The notes beneath the pieces were generated by a model. That model was given only the letters and a program-made list of their open reading frames with translations. It was not told the DNA's origin and did not search any database. The translations under genes and the position numbers were made by a program. Shown here in pieces: positions 1-10,421 of a stretch of DNA of 64,000 nucleotides. This DNA is from a virus: positions 31,718 through 95,717 of IMG/VR virus record IMGVR_UViG_3300027835_000143; one strand, written 5' to 3'. Within the stretch, counting starts at the first letter, position 1, and every line of letters begins with the position of its first letter.

Positions 1-8
1 TCGACAGG

Positions 9-1964
9 ATGAGCGGCGCGCTCTACAAGATCAAGGACGACATGGCGGCCGCGTCGTCTGCGGCGACCACGCACGCCGCGGCGGCCACTGGTGTCGGCGG
101 CGCGTGGGCCGGCGCGGCTGGCGGGATGGCGATGGCCAGCGCGGCATCCGTGGCGGCCGCGAAGGCGATGCGCGAGCTGACGGCCGAGGTCGAGTCCGCG
201 TTCCTGCATGGCGTGCCGATGAACACGATGATCGCCGACTACGGGGACAAGGCGTACAAGGCGGTCGCCGCGTCCCTCGCACTCGGCGGCGCGATCTCTG
301 ACGTGACGGCCCAGATGGCCGCGTCGTACATGCTGCAGGAGGCGCACAAGATGGAGACCGCCGGTCTTACCGGCGAGATCAAGCCGATTGGCGCCAGCAC
401 AGAAGACCAGTACAAGCGCGAACTGGCGAAGGCCGACGAGTACTGGAAGGCGTACGAGACGCTCCAGACGAACGCGCTCAAGCGCGGCAGCGACGAAGCC
501 GTCGCCGTCGCCCAGCAGCACGTGGACCTGGACAAGATGCGCGGCGCCTCGCACGCCCAGCTCTTCGCCGACATGGAGCAGGTCGAGGTCGCGAAGGCGA
601 AGAGCGGCATCGAACAGGAGAATCGCCGGTTCGAGCTGGCGACAGATGGTGTCAACAAGCTGTCTGACACCTACCGCGTCATGGCTGAGGATCACCGGCA
701 GGCCGTCGCGCAGATGACCGCGGACTACGGACGCGGCGTCGCGACGCGCCTCGAAGCGGAGAAGGGCGCCGACTTCGGCCAGACGTTCAAAGCCGCGTTC
801 GCCGCGCTGCCGCAGGCGCTGCTCGCGGCGTTCCAGGGCGGTGGCGACATCGGGAAGACGATCGGCGGCCTGTTTGGGACGCATATCTTCGGCCCAGAGT
901 CCGGGCTGACGAAGCACCTGACGGGCCTGATGTCGGCCCATCTTGGCAAGACGATCGGCGGGGCGCTAGGGACGATGATCCCAGGGATCGGCACACTCCT
1001 CGGCGGCATGGCTGGGCAGCTGATCGGACCGCTGATTGGGAAGATCAGCGGCTTCTTCGCGCACCTGTTCGGCGGCGCGAGCGACCAGGAGAAGGCTGGT
1101 AGGCAGCTGACCGACCAGTTCGCGGCGTCGATGGGTTCGCTGGCGTCGGCGGCGGACCAGGCCGAGATCCGCGCGAACGAGGCCGCCGGCGCGAGCGCGA
1201 AGTGGGCGGAGACTGCCGTCACGGTCAAGAACGCGTACGTCGCCGTCGGACGTTCCGGGGAGGAGGCGCTCGCCGACGTCCAGCGCCTGTTTGACGCAGA
1301 GAAACAGGGTGGCGGCGCAGTACAGAAGGTGATCGATGAGATTACGGCGAAGATGCACGCTCAGGAATCGCAAGCGACTGCAACCGCTGAGACGTGGCTT
1401 GGTTCTATGGATACGGCTACCGCGGGCGTCATTTCTGGCGTAGACGCGACAGGGCGAGCATTTAGCGATGTCGGCCAGTCAGCCGTCGGCGCAGCGAAAG
1501 TCGCTGCCTCGGCATGGCAGATGGCCGTCAACAGCGTCGACGTCTCTAGGCTGAAGCAGCAGTTCAACTTCTCCTACACGTCCGGCGGCGGCACCGGCGA
1601 GCAGAGCACGAGCGAGGGCCGGAACGAGTCGCACATCTTTGAGGGGATGTCGGCGGCGGAGGCCGCGGCGGTCTGGCTCGCGGACGTCGCGAGCAGAGGG
1701 TCGACGGAGCAGGACTGGAATCGCGTCAAGGACCAGTACGGGTTCGCGGCCGGCGGCATCGTCACGGGGCCGGTCGACGCGCGGATCGGCGAGGGCGGAT
1801 CGCCGGAGATGGTGCTGCCGCTCCCGACCGGCGGCGGACCGGTCTACGACGCCGACGTCCACGACGAGATCCGGAAGCTCCGTGAGGATGTCGCCGCGAT
1901 GCAGCGCGACCAGCCGCGCGCGCTCGCGATCGCCATCCGGGACGCGCTGACACTGGCACGATAG
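9..1964 (+). CDS. Tail tape measure protein, C-terminal part (frame open to window start)
   Basis: Ala/Gly-rich helical sequence, GxxIGGxxG stretches, C-terminal FAAGGIVTGP..IGEGG.PEMVLPL motif. Confidence 0.85.
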   Translation: MSGALYKIKDDMAAASSAATTHAAAATGVGGAWAGAAGGMAMASAASVAAAKAMRELTAEVESAFLHGVPMNTMIADYGDKAYKAVAASLALGGAISDVTAQMAASYMLQEAHKMETAGLTGEIKPIGASTEDQYKRELAKADEYWKAYETLQTNALKRGSDEAVAVAQQHVDLDKMRGASHAQLFADMEQVEVAKAKSGIEQENRRFELATDGVNKLSDTYRVMAEDHRQAVAQMTADYGRGVATRLEAEKGADFGQTFKAAFAALPQALLAAFQGGGDIGKTIGGLFGTHIFGPESGLTKHLTGLMSAHLGKTIGGALGTMIPGIGTLLGGMAGQLIGPLIGKISGFFAHLFGGASDQEKAGRQLTDQFAASMGSLASAADQAEIRANEAAGASAKWAETAVTVKNAYVAVGRSGEEALADVQRLFDAEKQGGGAVQKVIDEITAKMHAQESQATATAETWLGSMDTATAGVISGVDATGRAFSDVGQSAVGAAKVAASAWQMAVNSVDVSRLKQQFNFSYTSGGGTGEQSTSEGRNESHIFEGMSAAEAAAVWLADVASRGSTEQDWNRVKDQYGFAAGGIVTGPVDARIGEGGSPEMVLPLPTGGGPVYDADVHDEIRKLREDVAAMQRDQPRALAIAIRDALTLAR

Positions 1965-1967
1965 GGT

Positions 1968-2783
1968 ATGTCGAACGTCCTGGCGCACGTCTTCGTTTCC
2001 GCCAAGGTGGCGTCCGCCGATGCGACCCTCGTCGACTCCGCGAAGTGGAACGACGGCCACGTGTTCACCGGCGGCGCGAACGGGAACCTGCTGTTCCGTG
2101 ACACGACGGACGCGACGTACGGTGCGGCGTGGTCCTCTGGCCTGACATATCTCAGCAGCGTCCTAAAGAACGCGGTCAACGGTCTTGCGGCCACGTCAAC
2201 CGACGGCTATGTCCTGGCGAACGAGACAGCAGCCACAGCTGGTGTCCCGGTCCAGCAATCTCCTCGACTCAGGTTCCGCAGCAACGTCTGGAACACCACA
2301 GCCGTGGCGGCGAACAATACGGATGATTGGTGGATTGAGAGCGTCCCGGTCAGCGGACTGACACCATCAGGGCTGCTGAAGATTGTGAGTTCGCTGAATG
2401 GAGGGGCTGCTCGAAACGAATTAACGCTGACTGGGGGCGCGGGAGGAATCGGGCTCACCATCATCAGTAACATCACCACCAATAGCGGGCTGATCGCAGC
2501 TGCTGGAGGATTCTTATCCTTTAATACACGTGGGGCCATCTATTCCCCCGCTGATGCCCAATTCAATTTCTTCAAAGCTGATCAGGTGACAGGCGTTGGT
2601 CTGGATTGGGGGACGGCGAATGTATTTAAGTTTCGCACCTCGGCCCAGACCGGCTACGCGACGGTGGATGCGCTGGCGTACTGGGTGAGCGGAGTGGCTG
2701 GCATCGATGCCACCGTGACGACGGGATTGCTGGTGGGCAAGACGATGACGTTCTCAAAGGGCGTTCTGACCGCATTCGCATAG
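1968..2783 (+). CDS. Minor tail/fibre-like structural protein
   Basis: Follows tape measure; Thr/Gly/Ala-rich beta sequence; C-terminal MTFSKGVLT resembles fibre tips; lower GC in 3' half. Confidence 0.55.
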   Translation: MSNVLAHVFVSAKVASADATLVDSAKWNDGHVFTGGANGNLLFRDTTDATYGAAWSSGLTYLSSVLKNAVNGLAATSTDGYVLANETAATAGVPVQQSPRLRFRSNVWNTTAVAANNTDDWWIESVPVSGLTPSGLLKIVSSLNGGAARNELTLTGGAGGIGLTIISNITTNSGLIAAAGGFLSFNTRGAIYSPADAQFNFFKADQVTGVGLDWGTANVFKFRTSAQTGYATVDALAYWVSGVAGIDATVTTGLLVGKTMTFSKGVLTAFA

Positions 2784-2785
2784 CA

Positions 2786-3223
2786 ATGGGGCGAGAAGCG
2801 AGATACAACGAAACAAGGCGACAAATGAAGCGACTATTAGTATTCGATGGCGGAGATGAAAGCAAGCGGATCTGCGTGGCGCTCCTGATGTCCTTGCGCT
2901 TCGGGCGCAGCCTCACGCAGACGGCACCTGGCAAGGCCGTCCTGCGGCAGGAGCGCGACATCAAGCGCGCGTTCGCGGTTGTCACGGAGCCGGACCCAGA
3001 GAAGGCCAATGACCTGCTCTGCCAGAAATGCGCGCACAAGGTCATGGAGCGCGATCCGGTCGCGCGGCGCCTGCTCTCTGGAGGCGGAACGGTCGAACTC
3101 ATCGACGCCGACGTCGAGCTGCTCACTGAGCGCATCGACAAGGGGCCGTGGACTGGTGACGTATCGGAAGACATGGCGGACGCGTTGGACTTCCTCGTGC
3201 GTGCCCCGGAGGCGAAGGCGTAG
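2786..3223 (+). CDS. Hypothetical protein (possible tail chaperone)
   Basis: Tightly packed ORF within the tail module. Confidence 0.45.
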   Translation: MGREARYNETRRQMKRLLVFDGGDESKRICVALLMSLRFGRSLTQTAPGKAVLRQERDIKRAFAVVTEPDPEKANDLLCQKCAHKVMERDPVARRLLSGGGTVELIDADVELLTERIDKGPWTGDVSEDMADALDFLVRAPEAKA

Positions 3224-3226
3224 GGC

Positions 3227-4786
3227 ATGAGTATCTCCATCAGGTCACGCATCGAGATCATGCTCGGCGGGGCGGACATCGCGTTCGACCCGTTAGCATT
3301 CGACATCTCCGCGTTCGATGCGGCGTGGACGGACATCTCAGATGACGTGCTCGGCCAGGTGTCGGCGCGGTACGGCATCCAAGGGAATGGCCCGAAGGAC
3401 GGCACGGCGAGCGGCGGCGAGCTGCACTTCGACCTCGACAACAGCGCGCAGAACGCCGGAGCGACGCTCGGCTGGTACTCGCCAGCCTCGGCGAGCGTCC
3501 GCGCCGGCTGGACGTACGGCGTGACGGTCCGTTGGGTACTGACCTATTCAGGCACCGACTACACGCGCTTCCGAGGGAAGGTCGGTTCGATTCAGCCGGA
3601 CCCTGGCCTCGCTATGGCGCGGCGCGTGCACGTCGTCGTCTACGACCACATGCGCGACCTCATGGATGCCGACGTGAGGCAGGTGACGACACAGATCTCG
3701 AAGAATGAGAACGATCTGATCACGGCCGTCCTCGCCGCGCTACCTTCGTCCTCGCAGCCGCCGGCGACCAGCTTCGATTCCGGGCTCGACACCTACGCCT
3801 ACGCGTTCGACAACGTCCGTGGTGGCGTGAAGGCCGGCACGCTCCTGAATGACATCGTGCTGAGCAGCTTCGGCGCGCTCTACACAAAGGGCGACGGGAC
3901 GCTCGTGTACAAGACGCGCCGGTCGCGGTCGCTCGCCGTCAGCGCCGCGACGCTGTCGGATACCATGCGCGGTCTCACGGTGCCGTCGACGCTCGACGGA
4001 ATCTTCAATCGCGTCCGAGCCGTGATACATCCGAAGACGGTCGACGCGGCGGCGACGACCGTGCTATGGGCGCAGACAGGGACGGCGCCAAGCCTGAGCC
4101 CTGGCTCATCGACGACGATCTGGGGGACGTACCGCGACCCTACGAATACGTTGAAGCTGATCGGCGCGACGGCGCAGGTCACGCCGATCGTCTCGACGAC
4201 GGACTACACGGCGAATAGCGCGAGTGACGGGAGCGGGTCGGACCTGACGGCGAACATGAGCGTGGTGACAACGGCGTTCGCGACGACTGTGCAGTTCGTC
4301 GTCACGAATACCGGAACAGCGACGCTCTACGTCACGAAGCTCCAGATCCGCGGGAAGGGCATCTATGACAACGGGCCGCGGACGTTCGAGAACTACGTCG
4401 CGCAGAGCTACGGCGACCGGCCGGTCACGATCGACCTACCGTATCAAGACGATGCCGCAGTGGCGCAGGATATCGCCGCCTACATCGCGGCGCAGTTCGG
4501 CAACCTGACGCAGCAGATCTCTGACGTCACATTCTGGACGCAGGCATCAGCCGCGCTCGCGACCGCCGCGCTGACGCTGGAACCGACCGACGTCGTGACG
4601 CTGACGGAGACGGTCAGCGGCCTCAGCGCCGTCAAGGTAGTGATCCAGGGCGTCGAGTTCGTCTGGAACTCCGCGAAAGAACTGCTCTGCAAGTGGCGTC
4701 TCGCGCCATCGTCGCCGTTCACGTTCTGGCAGCTCGGGACGGCCGGCGCGTCCGAACTCGGCCAGACGACTGTCCTGGGGTTCTGA
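3227..4786 (+). CDS. Tail hub/baseplate-like minor tail protein
   Basis: 519 aa, RFRGKV..I, GALYTKGDGTLVY.R, TLEPTDVVTL, C-terminal FWQLG...SELGQTTVLGF typical of siphovirus tail proteins. Confidence 0.75.
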   Translation: MSISIRSRIEIMLGGADIAFDPLAFDISAFDAAWTDISDDVLGQVSARYGIQGNGPKDGTASGGELHFDLDNSAQNAGATLGWYSPASASVRAGWTYGVTVRWVLTYSGTDYTRFRGKVGSIQPDPGLAMARRVHVVVYDHMRDLMDADVRQVTTQISKNENDLITAVLAALPSSSQPPATSFDSGLDTYAYAFDNVRGGVKAGTLLNDIVLSSFGALYTKGDGTLVYKTRRSRSLAVSAATLSDTMRGLTVPSTLDGIFNRVRAVIHPKTVDAAATTVLWAQTGTAPSLSPGSSTTIWGTYRDPTNTLKLIGATAQVTPIVSTTDYTANSASDGSGSDLTANMSVVTTAFATTVQFVVTNTGTATLYVTKLQIRGKGIYDNGPRTFENYVAQSYGDRPVTIDLPYQDDAAVAQDIAAYIAAQFGNLTQQISDVTFWTQASAALATAALTLEPTDVVTLTETVSGLSAVKVVIQGVEFVWNSAKELLCKWRLAPSSPFTFWQLGTAGASELGQTTVLGF

Positions 4787-4787
4787 C

Positions 4788-5210
4788 ATGCCGCTGATCC
4801 CGACCGACCGCATCTTCGGGCCGCGCGAACTTCACGGCATCGCGACGGCGCGCCAGTATCGGACGCTCGTTAAGCGCACGATGGCGAAGGGACGTGCGGC
4901 GTACCCGGCCCTGACGTGGCCGCCGCCGCACGACGTCCCGCTGCAGCCGCCGCACCGGATCGTCGTCAACCGGTCGCGCTGGCAGGTGCCGTGCGACTGC
5001 GGGAACTACCCGCTCTACGACCCGGAGTGGCAGATCGCCGGTTGTCTCGACTGCGGCGCGATCTACGTCGGGCCTCCGCCGCGACTCTGGCGGCAGCTTC
5101 GCGACCTCCTGCTCGCGCGCCCACGGCTGGAGAACAGGAACTGGGTCGGCGAGCCGCTCGACGTGATACTGGCTGAGAACGTCGCGAACGGCGTCGGAGC
5201 GCCGGCCTGA
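4788..5210 (+). CDS. Zn-finger hypothetical protein
   Basis: CDCG and CLDC pairs; coupled to neighbours. Confidence 0.55.
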   Translation: MPLIPTDRIFGPRELHGIATARQYRTLVKRTMAKGRAAYPALTWPPPHDVPLQPPHRIVVNRSRWQVPCDCGNYPLYDPEWQIAGCLDCGAIYVGPPPRLWRQLRDLLLARPRLENRNWVGEPLDVILAENVANGVGAPA

Positions 5211-6511
5211 TGGCATGGGTCTCGCCATCGAACCGCACGACGGGCACGCTGATCACGGCCGCGATCTGGAATCAGGACGTGGTCGCGAACCCGATCGCGC
5301 TCTACGCGAACCATGTCCAGCAGGTGTTCCGCGGGCTGCAGGTCCGCACGCATCCTGACAGTGACAGTTGGAAGACGAAGGTGATGCTTGTCCACGCGGA
5401 CGAGATCGTCTTCGACGATGGGACACGGATCGCAGCCGGCCTCGACCGTCTCGTGGCCGACATCACCGTGGCCGGCGCCGGCGGGCTCGACACGGGCGCG
5501 GAGGGCGCATCCCGGTGGTATGAGGCCTACTGCATCCGCAAGTCCAGCGACGGGACGCTGAACCTACTGCTGCATAGGGCGAAGGACTGGACGTCGGACA
5601 CGTCCTTCCTGACCGCGTCGGATGCGACGCGAGCCTTGCGCCTGTTGACGGCGACCGCGACTGACAAGCTCGCCCAGGGCGTGCAGTTCGCGAACAGTAA
5701 GCCGGTCCCGTTCATCGACATCTATCTGGCGACGAACACTACGCCGGTCGCCGGCAACATCTGGCTGACGCTGGAGTCGGATACTGCTGGCAGCCCGAGC
5801 GGCGTGGCGCTCGCAACGAGCGACAAGCTCGACGGCTCGCTGGTGTCAGCCGTCGGTCAGCAACTCGTCCGATTTGCCTTCCGCACGCCCTACACGGTGA
5901 CGGCGACGACACAGTACCACGTCGTCCTGCAGGGCGATTACACGCGCAGCGATACCGTGACCATCCTGTGGTACGGCGTGGCTGCCGGCGGATATGCGAA
6001 CGGCAGCGGGAAGCAGTACAACGGCGCGGCGTGGGCGGCGGCCACTGGCGTCGGTGACTTTCGGTTCAACGCCTACACGGAACTGAACAACGTCGCCGTG
6101 ACGATGCCGGCCGGCTACAACCAGAAGTGCTTGGTCGGATCCGTCCGCAACGACGGCGGCAGTGACTTCGTGCCGTTCATAGCAATTGACCGGGATGTGA
6201 AATATCGAGACCCATCCGCACTGGTGTCTGGCGGCGCGGCGACCTTTCAGACCTTGGTCGATTTGGCTGCCATTGTCCCGCCAGGCCCTGTCGTCGGCAC
6301 GAGTTGGGAGCTTGAAAATACCGGCCTGAACAATATACAGGTGGCTTCAGCGCTCGGTCAGAGCGGACACGTCTACGGCATCTACGTCGACGAGCCGCGT
6401 GCGGCGGCATTCATCGACACCGGCGCCGTGGTGCCCATCGAGAATCAGAGCCTCTATTACATGGTCGCCGCCGGCGCCTGCACGATCTATCTGCGCTCAT
6501 TCAGATGGTGA
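5210..6511 (+). CDS. Tail fibre/receptor-binding protein
   Basis: N-terminal MAW..P..RTTG.LITAA.WN anchor motif; GGLDTGAE..SRWY; central beta-sandwich insert. Confidence 0.7.
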   Translation: MAWVSPSNRTTGTLITAAIWNQDVVANPIALYANHVQQVFRGLQVRTHPDSDSWKTKVMLVHADEIVFDDGTRIAAGLDRLVADITVAGAGGLDTGAEGASRWYEAYCIRKSSDGTLNLLLHRAKDWTSDTSFLTASDATRALRLLTATATDKLAQGVQFANSKPVPFIDIYLATNTTPVAGNIWLTLESDTAGSPSGVALATSDKLDGSLVSAVGQQLVRFAFRTPYTVTATTQYHVVLQGDYTRSDTVTILWYGVAAGGYANGSGKQYNGAAWAAATGVGDFRFNAYTELNNVAVTMPAGYNQKCLVGSVRNDGGSDFVPFIAIDRDVKYRDPSALVSGGAATFQTLVDLAAIVPPGPVVGTSWELENTGLNNIQVASALGQSGHVYGIYVDEPRAAAFIDTGAVVPIENQSLYYMVAAGACTIYLRSFRW

Positions 6512-6518
6512 GGGTGAC

Positions 6519-7835
6519 ATGTCAGATTACGTGATGCCGATGCCGAGCACCGATCCCGCCATCAATACGGCCGCGTTCGTCGCGCTCAGGACGAGGGTCG
6601 CCGCAGACGGTAGCGGATGGATCTCGTTCCCATCCGGTGACTACACGTTCCAATTGATCGGCGGCAGCGGTCCGAACCAGACCTACGCCCTCGAGTTGCC
6701 GCCGCAGCGGTTCGCCGTCGTCGGTGCCGGGCATGGCGCGACGCGGCTCAGGCTCGCCGCCGGCAGCCCGACATGGGCGCGCGTGATCGGGACGAATGGA
6801 TCCGTCGATGGCCGGATCGCGCACCTGACGGTGGACGGCAACAAGGCTGCCGTCTCTGTCAGCGAGCAGTCACACGGTATCTTTCTGAGCAGTACGGAAC
6901 GCCTTACGATCGAAAATCTAGCCGTATACGCGACGCATGGCGATGGGATCTACTGGCACAATTATGCGCGTCGGAACGTCATCCGTGGCGTGCACTTGGA
7001 CGACATCGGCAGGGTCGGCATCCACGCGCAGACGTTCGAGAGCTGCGCCATTCGCGAGTCGTTCTTCACCGGCGCGATGGGGCAGGGCTGCATCAAGACG
7101 GAACAGGACAATCCAGGCACGATCGCGAACGGATTGACGATCGCGAACAATCACTTCGATGGCGATGGGTCCTACGCTGATAACTTCGCTATCCTCATTA
7201 GCGGCTTCGACTCCGCGAACCGAGCCTTGAAGATCATCGTTGAGGGGAACCAGATCAAGCGATTCCGGCTGGCGATCGGACTTGGAATCTGGTCGACCGG
7301 CTGGAACATTAGCGGGAACATCATCGACAGTTGCCACTCCGGGATCGTCGAGACGAATTACGCCGTCACCTACGGATATGACAGCCACGAGGATATCTCA
7401 ATCGCGGGGAACGACTTACTCTACATGATCGACGCAGGCTATGAGGAATGGGCGATCAGCCTGTCGAACGCGCGCGTCGCCTCCATCCTCGGTAATACGG
7501 CCTCGGTGCGCACGCGCGGGCTGCGCCTGCGCCACTGCACCGACATCGATACCGCGAGGAACAATATCATGATCCGCGAGGCGGACGGCATGGGTGTCAT
7601 GTTCTACCGCAGCCCGGACGTCTCATCGTTGGGGGATTCGGTACGTACTGCCGGTGGTGTCGCCTACGGTGCGTACATCGCCGACGACGCGACGTATATC
7701 GGCACGCCGGCGCAGATCCTCGACTTCACGGTGCGCGGGCATTGCCAGTACGGCATCCGGCGCGATCTCATCAATCCGACATTGGTCACGGTGCGCGACT
7801 TGATCGCGGCCGACGCGGTCTATCCGCTGTACTGA
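6519..7835 (+). CDS. Right-handed beta-helix (pectate-lyase-like) tailspike/depolymerase
   Basis: FPSGDY, GAGHGATRL, LTVDGNK, HGDGIY, repeated I.GN.I rungs; ATG 6519 after GAGG. Confidence 0.75.
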   Translation: MSDYVMPMPSTDPAINTAAFVALRTRVAADGSGWISFPSGDYTFQLIGGSGPNQTYALELPPQRFAVVGAGHGATRLRLAAGSPTWARVIGTNGSVDGRIAHLTVDGNKAAVSVSEQSHGIFLSSTERLTIENLAVYATHGDGIYWHNYARRNVIRGVHLDDIGRVGIHAQTFESCAIRESFFTGAMGQGCIKTEQDNPGTIANGLTIANNHFDGDGSYADNFAILISGFDSANRALKIIVEGNQIKRFRLAIGLGIWSTGWNISGNIIDSCHSGIVETNYAVTYGYDSHEDISIAGNDLLYMIDAGYEEWAISLSNARVASILGNTASVRTRGLRLRHCTDIDTARNNIMIREADGMGVMFYRSPDVSSLGDSVRTAGGVAYGAYIADDATYIGTPAQILDFTVRGHCQYGIRRDLINPTLVTVRDLIAADAVYPLY

Positions 7836-8007
7836 GGGTAAATGACATGGCAATCCTACGCACGACGGCGACGACGCTCATCGACATGGCGCTCTGCGTC
7901 TGGGATGGGACCAATGTCTAGGCGCATCCTGATCGCGATCTGGGTGGCGGCGCAATGGCTCGGCGCGGCGGCCGTCATCGCCGCCGTCGGAAGATGAGGC
8001 GGATGCG

Positions 8008-8337
8008 GTGGCTTGGATATTGACGTGGGCGCCGGCCGCGGCGCTGATCTGGGCGGTGATCTCCACAATCGTCGCGTGGGCATTCGCCTCCGGCAGGTTC
8101 ACCGGGCGCACGGTCACGCTCGACCAGCTCAATGCGGCGCTGATCGAGAAGGGCGTCGTCACTGAGGCTGTACTGCTGCGCCGCCTGGAGGCGGAGCGCC
8201 ACAGCGTGCGCGACGAGCTGAACGCAGCGACAGGGAAATGCGTGCCGCGCGAACTCTATACTTCGGAGCACCTGGCACTCGCGAACAAGGTCGACCGTCT
8301 TGAGCGCGCCTTCGACGGCGCGAGACAGAATGACTGA
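8008..8337 (+). CDS. Membrane protein, holin candidate
   Basis: N-terminal TM helix plus coiled coil, directly upstream of endolysin. Confidence 0.5.
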   Translation: MAWILTWAPAAALIWAVISTIVAWAFASGRFTGRTVTLDQLNAALIEKGVVTEAVLLRRLEAERHSVRDELNAATGKCVPRELYTSEHLALANKVDRLERAFDGARQND

Positions 8338-8872
8338 CCCTCTGCCGCCTGAGTACGCCGCGGTCCTCTCGGCGCTGTCCGACGCGCAGGTCGTCGCCGG
8401 GACGGCGTGGGCCGAGGCGCGAGCGCGGCTCGAGGGCGGCACGTGGCGAACGAACCCTCCGGAGGCGATGCACGACATCGCCGACGTCATCGACCGGCGC
8501 GTCCACGACCGACGGTGGTCTCGGCTCGGCTACAGGGGCGTCTGCCTCCAGCCGTTCGCGTTCTCATGCTGGCTACCGCGCGCAGGCGCCGACAACGACC
8601 GCGACCCGCAGCACCTCGCGGACAACTTCCAGGCGCTGATGGACCGGATGCGGCGGCTGCTCGCAGGCGAGACGCCGAGCGCCACGCTGTTGACGTGCCT
8701 CGCGATCGCGGAGGTCGTCACCGGCCGCGGCGCGCCGGACCCGACGTCACCGGTCGCCGGGGCGACGCACTACTACGCGAAGTGGCTGGCGGCGCCCCCG
8801 CGCTGGTCGCTACCGCCGTCAGTCCTCGTCGCCGAGCGGTTCGGCCAGAGGTTCTTCAGGAACGTGCGGTGA
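8330..8872 (+). CDS. Endolysin, SleB/cell wall hydrolase 2 family
   Basis: TAWAEAR (catalytic Glu), VIDRRV, VCLQPFAFSCW, GATHYYA, PRW, RFF. Confidence 0.85.
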   Translation: MTDPLPPEYAAVLSALSDAQVVAGTAWAEARARLEGGTWRTNPPEAMHDIADVIDRRVHDRRWSRLGYRGVCLQPFAFSCWLPRAGADNDRDPQHLADNFQALMDRMRRLLAGETPSATLLTCLAIAEVVTGRGAPDPTSPVAGATHYYAKWLAAPPRWSLPPSVLVAERFGQRFFRNVR

Positions 8873-8889
8873 CAGGGAGGTCTGAATAA

Positions 8890-9288
8890 ATGGACGCGAA
8901 CATGCTCATCGCGCAACTGATCCAAGAGGGCGTGACGCACGCGACGTGGGCGGCGCTCATCTGCTACGCGCTGCAGGCGCTGAAGCGGTCGGTGCGGTTC
9001 CGGTGGGTGACGCCGGACACGAAGGCCGTCAACGCCTGGATCTCGTTCCTGAGTGCTGGCGCTGTCGCGCTCGGCATTGGGATCGTCAGCACCGGGTCGT
9101 CGGCGACCGGGTTCGACGTCCACATCCACATCCCGCCGCTTGCTGCGCTCGCCGCTGGCGCGCTGGACTGGGGGAAGCAGTACGCGACGAACCAGTTCTT
9201 CTACGACAAGGTCGTGCAGCCGAGCGGAACGGCGCGTCCGGCGGACGTCGCCGGAGCGGTCCGCGATGCGCTCATGATGAAGTCGTGA
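8890..9288 (+). CDS. Membrane protein, holin-like
   Basis: 2-3 hydrophobic segments, good RBS, follows endolysin. Confidence 0.55.
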   Translation: MDANMLIAQLIQEGVTHATWAALICYALQALKRSVRFRWVTPDTKAVNAWISFLSAGAVALGIGIVSTGSSATGFDVHIHIPPLAALAAGALDWGKQYATNQFFYDKVVQPSGTARPADVAGAVRDALMMKS

Positions 9289-9303
9289 GGTGGGACGCAC
9301 ATC

Positions 9304-9549
9304 GTGGACGCCGGACGGCCGAATGCGTGCCCGGACTGCGAAACGTCGGCCCGTGCCGAACGGCTCGACGACGGCTGGTGGTTCTGCGCCGCCTGCGGCC
9401 TGGCCTGGCGTCACGGCGCAGACGGGAACATCGCGCGCGCGCTGACGAGTCATAGCCCGCGCGCGAAGGAGGTTGTCCTCGCCGCCGCGTCGGGCCGAGC
9501 GGCGCTGGGAACTGCCCCTCCCCCGAAGGGCAGAGCCGCCGGAGACTGA
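9304..9549 (+). CDS. Zn-ribbon hypothetical protein
   Basis: CPDC...WFCAACG. Confidence 0.45.
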   Translation: MDAGRPNACPDCETSARAERLDDGWWFCAACGLAWRHGADGNIARALTSHSPRAKEVVLAAASGRAALGTAPPPKGRAAGD

Positions 9550-9593
9550 CAAGTGGCGGGGACAACGATTCGGAACGGAGAAAGGATTAGGCC

Positions 9594-10001
9594 ATGCGTC
9601 CGGGGTTCCTGCTCGCCTGCCTCGTCGCGGCCGTCAGCCTCGGCGCGTCTCCGCCGGTTCCAGCACCGGTTCGCATCGCGCTGCCGTGGGGCTACGTCGA
9701 GCTGACAACGAACGAGGTATCGGTCGTCTCGACCGTCGACGACCCGCCGGCCGTGCGGCTGGTGTCCGTCGGGCGCGCGCTCGGCAAGGTCTCGTTCAAC
9801 CGCCTGCGTCCGGACGGCCGGCAGGAGGAGGTCGCGATCCTGCAGGGCAAGATCGACGAGCGGTACCCGTCGCGGCTCGCCGGCGAGGTGACGATCCACG
9901 TGCGGAACCTCGGCACCGGCGACTCGGCGATGGTCCCGGTCCTGCTGCTGCGGTCCGACGAGGCGGTCTTCTACGTCCCGGTCTATCAGGCGCGACGGTA
10001 A
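9594..10001 (+). CDS. Secreted hypothetical protein
   Basis: Signal-peptide-like N-terminus, beta-rich body. Confidence 0.55.
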   Translation: MRPGFLLACLVAAVSLGASPPVPAPVRIALPWGYVELTTNEVSVVSTVDDPPAVRLVSVGRALGKVSFNRLRPDGRQEEVAILQGKIDERYPSRLAGEVTIHVRNLGTGDSAMVPVLLLRSDEAVFYVPVYQARR

Positions 10002-10037
10002 CAAGCGGGTCACAGGCGAGACCTAGCAGGGTTAGCT

Positions 10038-10421
10038 ATGCGGGCACGTCTCCTCGTATCGGTCCTGGTGGTCGGTCCACTCCTGTTCCTCGTTGTCGCT
10101 GCGGCCGTTCGCGAGCCGCCGGTCGCGGTCGCGATCGAGCACGGCGCGATCCTCCCGTATCGTGGCACCGCGCGGCTCCGCGTCACGGTCGTGCCGAACC
10201 GTAAGAACGCCGGGCTCTGGACGGCCATCGAGTCGTCCGGCTACGCCTCCGCGCACTATGAGCAGCTCGACGGCGCGCACGCGCCTCGGGTGCGGTGGGT
10301 CGAGTTCAAGGACCTGCCGTCCGGCGACTACACGGCGTGGGTCCGCCTGTTGTGGGCGCACGGCGAGACGTCGGCGCGCGTGACCTTCATCGTCGGGCAC
10401 AGCAAGGAGCCGTTCCCGTGA
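10038..10421 (+). CDS. Secreted/membrane-anchored hypothetical protein (Ig-like?)
   Basis: Hydrophobic N-terminus; DLPSGDYTAWV strand pattern. Confidence 0.55.
   Translation: MRARLLVSVLVVGPLLFLVVAAAVREPPVAVAIEHGAILPYRGTARLRVTVVPNRKNAGLWTAIESSGYASAHYEQLDGAHAPRVRWVEFKDLPSGDYTAWVRLLWAHGETSARVTFIVGHSKEPFP

Noticed and set aside
6399-6518. ORF-track N-terminal extensions (also at 12306, 24793, 32325, 49149, 59983)
   Set aside because: They overlap upstream genes; downstream starts have RBS or stop-start coupling and begin the recognisable domain
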